Shown here: positions 16,696-27,226 of the stretch, in pieces
Numbering within the stretch: position 1 is the stretch's first letter
Layout: each line of letters opens with the position of its first letter
Virus record (IMG/VR): IMGVR_UViG_3300005611_000079
Span: 1 to 37,897 of that record
DNA: 37,897 bases
Origin: a virus
Taxonomy: Duplodnaviria; Caudoviricetes
Reading direction: 5' to 3' (one strand)
The notes under the pieces: model-generated
What the model was told of the DNA's origin: nothing
The model's input: the letters and a program-made list of their open reading frames with translations, nothing else
Database searches by the model: none
Position numbers and translations under genes: made by a program

Positions 16696-19600
16696 ATGTC
16701 TAGACAAAGTGCAAGTGGTGTACCTCCAATAATAATGGCCTTAAAGGTCGATATGGACGCCGCTAACTCTAAGTTAGCTAAAGAATTATCTAAAACCGCT
16801 AAGTCATTACAAGCTGGTTATTCAAGTATTGCTGGTGTAGCAACTGGAGCAGTTTTTGGTGCTGCTATAGGTGCAGCAGGTGCAATGGCTACAGCTTTAC
16901 TATTTACTGTTGGAGCTGCTTCTAAGTTTGAAGATTCATTTGCAGGTATCAAGAAAACAGTAGACGCTAGTTCATCAGAGTTTGATAAACTACAAGGTTC
17001 AATAAGAACTCTTTCAACAGAAATTCCAATAGCAACTAGTCAATTAAATCAAATTGGTGAATTAGGTGGTCAGTTAGGTGTAGAATCATCTGGTCTTCCT
17101 ATATTTATAGAAACTATTGCTAAATTAGGTGTAGCAACTAGACTCTCAACAGAAACAGCAGCTTTATCATTAGCTCGACTTCAAACAATTTTTCAATTAC
17201 CAGAAACACAAGTTGCTAATTTAGCTTCATCATTAGTTGAACTTGGTAACAACTTCGCAGCTCTTGAAGATGAAATTTTATCTACATCACTTAGACTTGC
17301 AGCAGGTGCTAAAGTAGCTGGTGCAACAGTTGCAGATACTTTAGCAATTGCTACAGCTCTACAAGCAGTTGGTGTTCAATCACAAGCTGGTGGTACTGCT
17401 ATGTCTCGTGTATTCCAAGCAATTACAGTAGCACTTCAAGGTGGAACACAAGAAATGAGAACTTTTGCTCAAGTTACTGGACTCGGTGTTGAAGGGTTTA
17501 GACAGTTAGCAACATCTGACCCTGCACAAGCTTTAAATGCTTTCTTAATCGGCTTACAAAAAGCTAAAGATGAAGGAAGAAACTTAATAAGTATATTAGA
17601 AGATTTAGGTCTAAAGCAACAAAGAACTATTAGAGCTCTTTTATCTGTTGCTGAGGCTGGAGACCTTTTATCTGAAACATTAGCTGTTGCTAATACTGAA
17701 TATATTATTAACAATGCTTTGAATGAAGAAGCTGCAAAAAGATTCGAGACTTTAAAACAACAAACAAAATTAATGAAAAATGCTTTTGCAGAGCTAAGAA
17801 CAGAAATCGGAATGCAATTTTTACCAGCTATGAAAAATATTGTTAATTTTTTTGGTGCTACTGCTGTAGGGATGGCAGAAACAGATAAATCTATAGACCA
17901 AGCTAGTACAGCTTTGAAAGTGTTTGTAGGTGTTGCAACAGTAGCCGGAACAGCAATAGGAGCTTCATTAGGTCAGTTAATTTCCATACAAGGTCTTGCT
18001 TTAAAAAATGGTCAAGGATTATTTGAAACAATTAGATTGCTAGCTAAAGGTGACGCAGTAACGGACGCAACTAAAGGAATGACAAGGTTTGCTAAAAGCT
18101 TATCGGGATTTCTGAGATTTGCAGGTAAAGCTTTAGGTCCTTTAGCATTATTAGGAATTGCTTTTGGTGTAAATGCAACTATGAATAGAAAAGCTCAACA
18201 AGAAGTTGATAGATATTCAAAATCTGTTCAAACTTTGATTCCTTTACAACAACAACTTCTTGAGAAAACAAATTTATACAAAGAATTAATTCAAGACAAA
18301 GATAACGAAAATATATTTAGACCTAATACTGCTGGTGCTAAAGCTTTAAAAGACCAAATAGAGTTAATTATCGCAGAAATTGAAAAATTAGAAAATGCTA
18401 CTGCTACAAGTTTCTTAAACATAGGAAAAGGTTTGAGAAATCTTTCCTTAGAAGAAGGTAAAGAAGTACAAGAAGTATTTAGTAGTATTACAGAAACATT
18501 TGATGGTGAATTAGGTGGTCAGTTATTAATAGATTTTGCAAAAGAATTTAATATATCACAGGAAGAAGCACAAAAAATTATATCTCAAGGCCTTCTATCT
18601 ACAGCTCAATTTATAACTTCAAAAGCTTTAACTGATGAAGACGCTTTTGACAAAGCAGCAGATGTATTTCGTACTTACACAACCGGTCTTATTTCTACAA
18701 ATAAAAAATTAAAAAAAGTTAATGACGAACTTAAAACTGAACAAGACATAGCAACACAAAATATGGCAAATCAATCTTATATTTTAATGGACTTTGTAAC
18801 TAGAATGGACAGATTATCTGGTGCTGAAACTGATATGTTAAGGGATAGTATGAAAGCAACTCTTGAAGCATACAATGATATAGCAGGACAAGTTGGAAGT
18901 GGTTTAGAAAAAATTCCGGAAATAGTTTTCTTTACCGACCCAGAAGCTCAAATAAAAGTATTTAAAGTACTCAATGGAGAAATAGATGAAGTCGCAGATA
19001 GTACTTTAGCTGCCTCACAATCTGCTGATGATTTGGTAAATAAATTTAATGAAGCATTAAGTCCTTTAAGAGAAATGAAAGATTTACTAGAAGACATTGC
19101 AGACCCAGAATTAATAAGCATGGATTCTATTGAGGGTGGTGTTAAAAAAGCACAAGAGCTAGAACAAGTTCTTGAATTAGGAGTATTTAGATTATTAGAA
19201 GAAGGTTATCCTGCTTTAGCTTTGAGTTTTGCTGAAGGCGGTATAGAAGCAGAGAATTTAGGTAAATTAATAACAATACTGAACTCTGGTATAGCAGAAA
19301 ATGCAGGATTATTAAAGACAATGGAAGAGGGTTTAATAGATTCTAATGAAGAATTAGGTTACCTAACTTCTATGCAGTCAGATACAATCGGTAAAGTAAC
19401 TACAGATTTAAGAGAACAATATGGTTTAACCAAAAGTACTCTTTCTCTAAAAGAGCAACAGGCAGTTATAGATAAAGTTTCATTGTCAAGACAAAAAGAA
19501 GTAAAAAATGAAAATAAAAGTATGTTGTCTATTGCCAGAGAGATTGTAAATATGGCTAGAGCTGAAAGAGACGCAAGAGCTGAAATAAAAGAAATGAATG

Positions 19601-21165
19601 ATGACATTGCAGCTTTATCTGCTGATTTAGTTTATGACAATATAACTATAACTAATACAATGAGAGACCAATTAGAAATTGACATTGCAAAAGCTGAACT
19701 TGATAAAGCTATAGCAGAATATGGTAGAGAAGATGTAGTAACTAAATCTGAAAAATTAAGTTTATTACAAATGGAATTAAATCTTACAAAAATGAACGAT
19801 AAATTGTCTCAACAAATAACAGCTAGAGAGCAAAAATCTATTAGAGATAAACAGAAAGAAATTAAATTTTTAGAAATGGCTGTAGAGCAGGGTGTTGTAG
19901 AACAATTAGATTTAGATGTTGCTCGTGAAGAATTAGCTGAATTAACAAAACCAATGTCAGCTGTTGAAAAAGAAATATTACAAATACAAAAAGAATTAGC
20001 ACAAGCAGAACTAGAAATAGCTAAAGAAAGAGCAAAGGGTTTGGCTCCCGAAATAATATCTGCTATTGAAAATTATAATAAAGCACTTGATGTAACTGCT
20101 GATAGAAATGAAGAAATTAAAGATAAACAACAAGAATTATCGGACGCAACTGTTGACTTAAATTTTGATTTAGCAGAAAATGCTGAAAGATATGATGAGA
20201 TAGCTGCTAAATTTCCTAATTTCAAAGACCAAGTATTAGAAATTGCTGAAATGGTTGGAATACCAAGTGAAATGTTAACTGCCGCTTTAGATTCTATGGA
20301 TAAATCAGTTACTCAATTTATCAATTATGTAGATTACGCAAGACAATTTAGGGATAAAGTTATAACCGGTGAAGCCGGTGGAGCAGATTGGACACAATCT
20401 CAAGAAGGTATCCAAAGTTGGAAGGACTCTGACGCTTATAGAAGTATATATAATGGATATAAGCCGGGCGATAGAAGTAAACCACCTCCAATAGACCCAA
20501 ATATAATACCTCCTAGTGGTCCAAGCGAACCAGACAAACCAAAAGAGCCTTGGTGGATGAAAGCTTCTAGATGGATTACAGACCCTTCATCAAGAAATAT
20601 TCCAAAAATTGATTTTGGTAATGTAGCAGGAGGTGTTAAATTTCCTATACTTGGTTTTGGAGATAGATTTAATGAAAATTATGCAAATGCTCCAGTTGGA
20701 CCTATTACTAAAAAAATTAGAGAAGAAGGATTTTTTAAAGGAATATTTGGAGATACTAAATATAAAAGTAATGACCCAAGTTATATAGGACTTACAGACT
20801 TAGCTAAAGAATATATATTAAATCCTATAGGGGAAGCAGCTACCAGTGTTGACTGGAACAGAGTATTGGATATACAAAACACTTATATGGGTAAAGCGTA
20901 TGGAGGTAATGTTCCTGTAGGTCAATCGTCTATTGTTGGAGAAATGGGTCCAGAAGTTATTATGGCTACACCGGGTGGAACATCTGTATTTTCTAATAAA
21001 ACCGGAGGTGGCTATGGAGGTATTACAGTAGAGAATATGAATGTTAATATTACAGGACTTCCTGCTGACCCAATATCTGCAAGAAAAGCTGCTATTAATA
21101 TAAGAAAAGAATTAACAAAGCTTGAAAAAGAAGGTAATGCTGGAACAGGTTTAAGGAATAGATAA
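16696..21165 (+). CDS. Tail tape measure protein (TP901-like core)
   Basis: FEDSFAGIKKT, GQLG, LGNNFA, AGGTAMSR motifs; long helical region; C-terminal GG...IVGEMGPE. Confidence 0.95.
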   Translation: MSRQSASGVPPIIMALKVDMDAANSKLAKELSKTAKSLQAGYSSIAGVATGAVFGAAIGAAGAMATALLFTVGAASKFEDSFAGIKKTVDASSSEFDKLQGSIRTLSTEIPIATSQLNQIGELGGQLGVESSGLPIFIETIAKLGVATRLSTETAALSLARLQTIFQLPETQVANLASSLVELGNNFAALEDEILSTSLRLAAGAKVAGATVADTLAIATALQAVGVQSQAGGTAMSRVFQAITVALQGGTQEMRTFAQVTGLGVEGFRQLATSDPAQALNAFLIGLQKAKDEGRNLISILEDLGLKQQRTIRALLSVAEAGDLLSETLAVANTEYIINNALNEEAAKRFETLKQQTKLMKNAFAELRTEIGMQFLPAMKNIVNFFGATAVGMAETDKSIDQASTALKVFVGVATVAGTAIGASLGQLISIQGLALKNGQGLFETIRLLAKGDAVTDATKGMTRFAKSLSGFLRFAGKALGPLALLGIAFGVNATMNRKAQQEVDRYSKSVQTLIPLQQQLLEKTNLYKELIQDKDNENIFRPNTAGAKALKDQIELIIAEIEKLENATATSFLNIGKGLRNLSLEEGKEVQEVFSSITETFDGELGGQLLIDFAKEFNISQEEAQKIISQGLLSTAQFITSKALTDEDAFDKAADVFRTYTTGLISTNKKLKKVNDELKTEQDIATQNMANQSYILMDFVTRMDRLSGAETDMLRDSMKATLEAYNDIAGQVGSGLEKIPEIVFFTDPEAQIKVFKVLNGEIDEVADSTLAASQSADDLVNKFNEALSPLREMKDLLEDIADPELISMDSIEGGVKKAQELEQVLELGVFRLLEEGYPALALSFAEGGIEAENLGKLITILNSGIAENAGLLKTMEEGLIDSNEELGYLTSMQSDTIGKVTTDLREQYGLTKSTLSLKEQQAVIDKVSLSRQKEVKNENKSMLSIAREIVNMARAERDARAEIKEMNDDIAALSADLVYDNITITNTMRDQLEIDIAKAELDKAIAEYGREDVVTKSEKLSLLQMELNLTKMNDKLSQQITAREQKSIRDKQKEIKFLEMAVEQGVVEQLDLDVAREELAELTKPMSAVEKEILQIQKELAQAELEIAKERAKGLAPEIISAIENYNKALDVTADRNEEIKDKQQELSDATVDLNFDLAENAERYDEIAAKFPNFKDQVLEIAEMVGIPSEMLTAALDSMDKSVTQFINYVDYARQFRDKVITGEAGGADWTQSQEGIQSWKDSDAYRSIYNGYKPGDRSKPPPIDPNIIPPSGPSEPDKPKEPWWMKASRWITDPSSRNIPKIDFGNVAGGVKFPILGFGDRFNENYANAPVGPITKKIREEGFFKGIFGDTKYKSNDPSYIGLTDLAKEYILNPIGEAATSVDWNRVLDIQNTYMGKAYGGNVPVGQSSIVGEMGPEVIMATPGGTSVFSNKTGGGYGGITVENMNVNITGLPADPISARKAAINIRKELTKLEKEGNAGTGLRNR

Positions 21166-21287
21166 TGTCTGATAACAAATACAAAGAATACTTAAAACCT
21201 TGTAAATCAGAATATGCTTGTGGTAATTACATTTATAAAAATAGTTATGATGAGTGCGAAACCTGTAAAAATAAGGATATGTGCTAA
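21165..21287 (+). CDS. 40-aa Cys-rich miniprotein (not in ORF track)
   Basis: MSDNKYKEYLKPCKSEYACGNYIYKNSYDECETCKNKDMC; TAATG overlaps at both ends. Confidence 0.75.
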   Translation: MSDNKYKEYLKPCKSEYACGNYIYKNSYDECETCKNKDMC

Positions 21288-22549
21288 TGGCTAATACACA
21301 TCAAGTTACTATTGGACATTTAAGTTTTACTTCCCCTAGTAATTTAAACTTTCAAACAGACCCAACAACTAGAAACTACAATTTATCTGGAACAATAGCT
21401 CATACATCTGATAATAAATTGGATTTAGATGAAGTTAAATATATTAGAGATGAACTTTCTTCAATGGCTAATTATGGAATATTTTACCCTTTAACTTATA
21501 CAGGAGATAGCTCACTTAAAGGATATTGTAAAATTGAAAATGCTAGCGTAGATATTACAAGATATGGTGGTGCTGGTGTTAAATATAATATATCCGGTAC
21601 ATGGTTAGGAAATCCCGGAGAAATAAGATTTGAATCACAATTCTCTGGTGCGTTATTAGATAATGACCATAGTATTACTTCTACTACTTCTCAATTTTTT
21701 GCTATACCAGAACAAGCATATTCAGTCCATATACCTACTGTAGGAACTGGTTCAACTCCAAATGTTGAAACTAGAATTGCTAGCTACGGAGAAGGAACAA
21801 TTAACTTAAATTACTTTAGTGGTTCAAACATAAGAACAGACAATGTTGAATTTGAGTGTAACCCTATAGATTATTTAAAAGGCGCAGTAAAGGTTTCTAC
21901 TAATGGAAAAGTTAGAAATGGTTTGTTAAGTCCTAATGATAATGTTGACCAAGCTGTTATTGAAAATGGATTAGTAAAGTTTGAGTTAACAAACAGTAAT
22001 ACAGAATCAAGATTCACAATATCACTTTGGGATAGTGATGATTGGAGAAGTGTAAAAGAGTTTGCCGTATCTAAAGGTACATCACAAACAGAATGGTTAG
22101 GTTGGAATACAGTACAGATTATTAAAAACTATGCTGAGTGTGCAACATTAAGATTTACTTCACAAGCAAACAATGATGGTAGTGGTAGGTTGACATTCGA
22201 TGTTTCTCTAAGAAGAGGGTCAAGATACTTTAGCTTGATTGTTCATTCTTACGGAAATGCTGACGAAATTAGAATACAGAGAACAACCACAGAAGCATGT
22301 AGTTCTGGTACAGGTTATATTGTATCTTCTACAAATGATTCAGAAGGAAACTTCTTTATTCTTGGTTCGCCTAACACCTTTAGCGAAGATTTAACTGAAG
22401 GTGGAATTTACCTTACTGCTACACAAATGAAGGCATTTATAGGTTTTTGTTTTGACGGAACTTCTGCTGCTGGAGAAAATACTGCGGATAAAATGAGAGA
22501 CGCATATTTTGATTATTTGTATGAGCATGTAAGGGTAATTCGTTCATGA
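21287..22549 (+). CDS. Minor tail protein (distal-tail position)
   Basis: ATG at 21287 coupled to the upstream stop; beta-rich; first large gene after tape measure. Confidence 0.7.
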   Translation: MANTHQVTIGHLSFTSPSNLNFQTDPTTRNYNLSGTIAHTSDNKLDLDEVKYIRDELSSMANYGIFYPLTYTGDSSLKGYCKIENASVDITRYGGAGVKYNISGTWLGNPGEIRFESQFSGALLDNDHSITSTTSQFFAIPEQAYSVHIPTVGTGSTPNVETRIASYGEGTINLNYFSGSNIRTDNVEFECNPIDYLKGAVKVSTNGKVRNGLLSPNDNVDQAVIENGLVKFELTNSNTESRFTISLWDSDDWRSVKEFAVSKGTSQTEWLGWNTVQIIKNYAECATLRFTSQANNDGSGRLTFDVSLRRGSRYFSLIVHSYGNADEIRIQRTTTEACSSGTGYIVSSTNDSEGNFFILGSPNTFSEDLTEGGIYLTATQMKAFIGFCFDGTSAAGENTADKMRDAYFDYLYEHVRVIRS

Positions 22550-25542
22550 GTGTAAATGAAAAATTAATGACTCCCGGCACATTTAATGTGCTATTAAATT
22601 TAGAAACAACACCAAACTCTGTTGTCAATACTATTGAGCCATGGGGTAACATAGTTTTTACTCCTACAAGAATATCTCCAGAGGAATTTACTGACGCACA
22701 AATTCGTGATATGGCTAGGTATGTAGGTATTATAACTTCTCAAGAAATTGGAGAAGAAGGTATAGACATAAGCGGTCAAGGAATACTTGCATATTTAGGT
22801 GATAGTGATTCTCGCGGTATGGTTCTTGCAAGAAATGCAGGTGTAGGTGCTGTAAGAAGTTATGTTAATGACACATTAGATGATGTTATTGATAGAAATA
22901 CTTCTACTCCTTATGGAATACTAAGAGATGAAGAAGCTAATCAAAGAGCTGTAAGAAAAGGTACAGTAACTGAAGTTGATTTTGATACAACAGTATTATT
23001 ACTTAACTTTGAAGGTACTGATGGAGATACTACAACTACTGATGGTTCTCAATATACACAAAATCAAATAATTACATTTTTAGGAACATCTGATATATCT
23101 AGTGACCAATCAAAGTATGGAAGTACAAGTCTTAACTTATCAACTGATGGATATGTAACAGTTGCTGATAGACCAGAATTAGATTTAACATTTAGAGATT
23201 TTACAATTGAATGGTGGGAATATAGAACATCTTCTAGTGGTAATGCTACTGTTATTGCTAGAAATAATGACACTTATTCTCCTTGGATAGCGGGTAAATT
23301 AGTTAGCGGTAATAATACATTTCTTGCAACACATGACGGAGATGGTTATAACGAATCAGAAGACTTGAATATAAGCATGGGTTCTATTGACCTAAATCAA
23401 TGGAATCATTTTGCTGTATCTCGTCAAGGCGGAAAATTTAGAACATTTAAAAATGGTGTTAAAGTTTCAGAAGCAACTAGAGATGAGCTTTACATAAGAG
23501 TTACTTCTGAATCTCTGCAAATTGGTAAAGGACAGAATGGTAACTATTTTGAAGGGTATTTAGATGGTTTAGCAATTACTAGAGGTGCTACTAAGTACTG
23601 GGAAGACTTTACACCAAGTGTTACTGCTCCCACAGCACAGACTGGTGCTAAAACTTATACTGGTAAACATTATATGGAATCTGCATATAAGGCTATAAAA
23701 GATGTTTGTGTAGCTTTAGGTGCAGAGTTTAAAATGAACAATGACGGAACTATCGATGTAGGTCCACCTTCTGCTTTATTTACGGGACATGAAAACAATA
23801 CACCAGAAGGAATGATTGTTAGAGATTTATCTGGTGCTGACCCACAAATAAAAGGTTATTCTGGAATAGATTTAAGTACAGAGTTTAACGCAGAAGATTA
23901 TGTAAGCCGTGTAGAACTTATAGCCTCTAACTATGGTGTAGAAATAAACTTAGGTCAAGCAGACGCTAAAAGTATACCTTATAAAGATTTGTTTGGTAAT
24001 ACATTAGAGAGAATACAGATACTATCTGAAAATGATGTACCAGATTCTCTAAGAGATATAAGAGCAGAAGCATACTTAAATGAATACAATAAAATACAAA
24101 AAACTTTAAATGTAGGTTTAGAAGATTATGATGTCTCTGGAGATATTGGTGTAGGAGATATTATCTTTGTGTGGGACCCAGATGTAGGATTTGAAGATAC
24201 AGACAATGACGCTAATTTAGAAAACAGAGATAAACACGAAATAACTTATCAAGGTCAAATATTACATCCAATAAAAATTAGAGTTATGGGACTTAGCTTT
24301 CCTATAACAGATGAGATGGGTGTGTTCTATAGAGATGGTGATGGTAACTATACAGACTTAACAGACTATGTAGAGTTTGAAGTTGGCGTAACACAAATAG
24401 AAGTAGGTTCTACCACAAGAAATATAAACGAAGATTTAAGAGGCTCTGGTTCAATAATTGCAGTTGGTGGTACTAATGAATTTACAGTACCAGACGCACC
24501 AACAAATTTTTCTGCTGCAACTGGTACTTATCAAGATGGAACTGGTAGACCTTTTGCATTTGCTAAGTTAAGTTGGGAACAACCTACTAACACTGATGGT
24601 TCAAGAATTACTGATGGAAATATGTATCGCGTAAGATACAGACAGGTAACTGATAGTGATGGTAATAACTTAATTGACCAAAACGATAATCAAGTTACTG
24701 ACTATGAATACTTAACAGTAGAGTTTGGAACTACATCTGTAGTTATAAAAGGTTTAGGTTCTCAAAACACTTATGAGTTTGGAGTAGCTGCAATTGATAA
24801 CTCTGGATTCTCTGGAGGATTTAGTGTGCTATCAGCAGTAGCTATGCCGGCAGACGCAACTGTCCCACCAGAACCATTGCCTCCAACAGGTACTTATGGA
24901 ACTGTTGCTGGTAATCCAACTCGTGTACAGATACAACATAACTTAGGTGCAGCTAAAGACTCAGATGGAAACCCTATTGCTAACCCTACAAACTTTTCTC
25001 TACCAGTAGATATTGACCACTTAAATGTTTATCGTGGTCTTACATCAGATTTTACAATTAGTTCTAGTAATTTAGTAGGACAAATAGAAGCAAAGTCAGC
25101 ACATGTTACTTTAGGAATACCAGCTATTGGTGATTTCCCTTCATCAACAGAAGGTGTTGCATATTATAAAGTAACAGCAGTTGATGTTGCTGGTAACGAA
25201 TCAGACCCTTCTACAGCAGGTCAAGTAACAGAGGTTTTGATTAATACACAATTTATATCTAACGCTGCTATTACAAGTGCAAAAATAGAAGACTTAGCAG
25301 TTACAAATGCAAAGATAAATGATTTATCTGCTGGAAAAATTACAGCAGGAACTATTAGTGGTGAAGAAATAATAATAGATACAGATAGTAGTGACCCACT
25401 AAACCCTGTACTCGGAACAATAAGAAGTGATAACTATGTTAATGGTACAGCAGGTTGGATAATTAAATCTGATGGAACAGTTGAGTTCGAGGGTGGAGAG
25501 TTCCGTGGTACACTAAGAGCTGGGGAGATACACATAGGATAA
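22546..25542 (+). CDS. Tail tip / central fibre protein with LamG-like and FN3-like domains
   Basis: DFTIEWW...QWNHFAVSR...FEGYLD (LamG-like); PDAPTNF..LSWEQP..YEFGVAAID and YYKVTAVDVAGNES (FN3-like); ITSAKI...AGKITAGTI (lambda J-like C-terminus). Confidence 0.85.
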   Translation: MSVNEKLMTPGTFNVLLNLETTPNSVVNTIEPWGNIVFTPTRISPEEFTDAQIRDMARYVGIITSQEIGEEGIDISGQGILAYLGDSDSRGMVLARNAGVGAVRSYVNDTLDDVIDRNTSTPYGILRDEEANQRAVRKGTVTEVDFDTTVLLLNFEGTDGDTTTTDGSQYTQNQIITFLGTSDISSDQSKYGSTSLNLSTDGYVTVADRPELDLTFRDFTIEWWEYRTSSSGNATVIARNNDTYSPWIAGKLVSGNNTFLATHDGDGYNESEDLNISMGSIDLNQWNHFAVSRQGGKFRTFKNGVKVSEATRDELYIRVTSESLQIGKGQNGNYFEGYLDGLAITRGATKYWEDFTPSVTAPTAQTGAKTYTGKHYMESAYKAIKDVCVALGAEFKMNNDGTIDVGPPSALFTGHENNTPEGMIVRDLSGADPQIKGYSGIDLSTEFNAEDYVSRVELIASNYGVEINLGQADAKSIPYKDLFGNTLERIQILSENDVPDSLRDIRAEAYLNEYNKIQKTLNVGLEDYDVSGDIGVGDIIFVWDPDVGFEDTDNDANLENRDKHEITYQGQILHPIKIRVMGLSFPITDEMGVFYRDGDGNYTDLTDYVEFEVGVTQIEVGSTTRNINEDLRGSGSIIAVGGTNEFTVPDAPTNFSAATGTYQDGTGRPFAFAKLSWEQPTNTDGSRITDGNMYRVRYRQVTDSDGNNLIDQNDNQVTDYEYLTVEFGTTSVVIKGLGSQNTYEFGVAAIDNSGFSGGFSVLSAVAMPADATVPPEPLPPTGTYGTVAGNPTRVQIQHNLGAAKDSDGNPIANPTNFSLPVDIDHLNVYRGLTSDFTISSSNLVGQIEAKSAHVTLGIPAIGDFPSSTEGVAYYKVTAVDVAGNESDPSTAGQVTEVLINTQFISNAAITSAKIEDLAVTNAKINDLSAGKITAGTISGEEIIIDTDSSDPLNPVLGTIRSDNYVNGTAGWIIKSDGTVEFEGGEFRGTLRAGEIHIG

Positions 25543-26930
25543 TGGCAGTAGCAGACGGATTTCATGTAGATATCTATGGAAACCTTTGGTTAGGTTCTGA
25601 TAGAGAAACTTTTGACGCAACAACTCGTTCAGAAGCACCTTTTTATGTTTATGCAAATGGTAACATGGTTGCTAATTCTGGTACTTTTGCAGGTACACTA
25701 TCTTCTGGAATTTCTATATCTGCTCCAGTAATAACTGGTGGAAGTATAAACATCGGTAATGGTACATTTCAAGTAGATTCATCTGGTAACTTAACAGCTA
25801 CATCTGCAAATATTTCCGGTTATATAAACGCTGGTGGTGCTGCTAATGATATTAATAATAATTCTACTCAAATAAATGGTGGAAGAATACAAGCAAACAC
25901 TTTAGATGTAAATAGTGTTATTACAAATGATTTAGATTTTAATAACTTATCAATAAATTCACAAAACATTATAGATACACTTGTTGATAACGCAATATTA
26001 GACAAAATAACTAATGGAGCTATACCAGACACTAAATTAGGAAACATAAGTGCAAATAAAATAACTGCTGGAACTATGTCTGCTGACAGAATATCTGGTG
26101 GAAGTATAAATGCAAATATTATTACTGGAGTTGCTAGTCTTACTGGATTAAATGTTACAGCGGACGGTATTGGTGTAGTTGGTGGAATAGCTATGAACAA
26201 TGGAAACTTGAGTCAAGCAAACGATATTTCTGCTAATGGAACAATTTCTGGTGGAACTATAACTGGCAGTTCGATATCTGGTGGTACAGTAAGTGGTACT
26301 ACAGGTTCATTTTCTAGTACAGTTACTGGTTCACAGTTTAAATCTAACTCAAACAGTTCAGTTGTAGGTTTTGGTTCTACACAAGTATACCTAAGAGGTG
26401 GTGGCGGCACAGACTTTGAAGCTGGAGGTATAAATGTTAGTTATCATACATTGAGACCATCTTCAGATAATGTTTATGACTTAGGTTCTATATCGTATAG
26501 ATGGGATGATGTAAGAGCAACTAACCCAACTATACAAACTTCTGACATAAATCTTAAAGAAAATATTGTTACTACAGATTTAGGTTTAGATTTTGTAAAC
26601 GATTTAACACCTATAGAATTTACTTGGCGTTCCTTTGGAGGTGGCATAGAAGATGGAGAAGAAGTTGCAGCAGCCCCAGCAGGCACTAGAACACACTTAG
26701 GATTTTCTGCACAAGATATAAAAGAAAAATTAATTACTCATAAAGGTGCTGACCAAAATATAGCTGTATATACAGAATCACAATATGACGAAGATTTTGA
26801 TTCAGAAACTATGACTAATGAATTTGGACTAAGAACAGCAGAGCTTATCCCAGTGTTGGTAAAAGCAGTACAAGAACTAAGCACACAGATTTCAGATTTG
26901 ACTGCTAGAATCGAAGCGTTGGAGGAATAA
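25542..26930 (+). CDS. Tail fibre/spike with C-terminal intramolecular chaperone (peptidase S74-like)
   Basis: TSDINLKENI...L.P..FTW...HLGFSAQD...LIPVLVKAVQEL plus terminal coiled coil. Confidence 0.9.
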   Translation: MAVADGFHVDIYGNLWLGSDRETFDATTRSEAPFYVYANGNMVANSGTFAGTLSSGISISAPVITGGSINIGNGTFQVDSSGNLTATSANISGYINAGGAANDINNNSTQINGGRIQANTLDVNSVITNDLDFNNLSINSQNIIDTLVDNAILDKITNGAIPDTKLGNISANKITAGTMSADRISGGSINANIITGVASLTGLNVTADGIGVVGGIAMNNGNLSQANDISANGTISGGTITGSSISGGTVSGTTGSFSSTVTGSQFKSNSNSSVVGFGSTQVYLRGGGGTDFEAGGINVSYHTLRPSSDNVYDLGSISYRWDDVRATNPTIQTSDINLKENIVTTDLGLDFVNDLTPIEFTWRSFGGGIEDGEEVAAAPAGTRTHLGFSAQDIKEKLITHKGADQNIAVYTESQYDEDFDSETMTNEFGLRTAELIPVLVKAVQELSTQISDLTARIEALEE

Positions 26931-27226
26931 TGGCTGAAGAAGTAAAAAAAACAAAACCAAAACAAAACAAAGAAGTTTTTGAATATAAATTAATGAGCCA
27001 TGGAGATAAATTATCTTTACTACTTGAAGGTATGTATGAACTAGAACAAGCTTTGTTTAATCACAATATTAATAGATTAGATGAAAAACATTCTGAATAT
27101 CCAGCATGGAAAGCAACTAATGATGAATTAGAAGCAGAGGTATACAGATTAAGATATATATATGAAAAAATGGGAGGCGGATGGGATAATACTCAAGAAT
27201 ATGATGAGTATGGAGAACCTGTCTAA
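26930..27226 (+). CDS. Hypothetical helical protein
   Basis: GGAGG SD; TAATG coupling on both sides. Confidence 0.75.
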   Translation: MAEEVKKTKPKQNKEVFEYKLMSHGDKLSLLLEGMYELEQALFNHNINRLDEKHSEYPAWKATNDELEAEVYRLRYIYEKMGGGWDNTQEYDEYGEPV

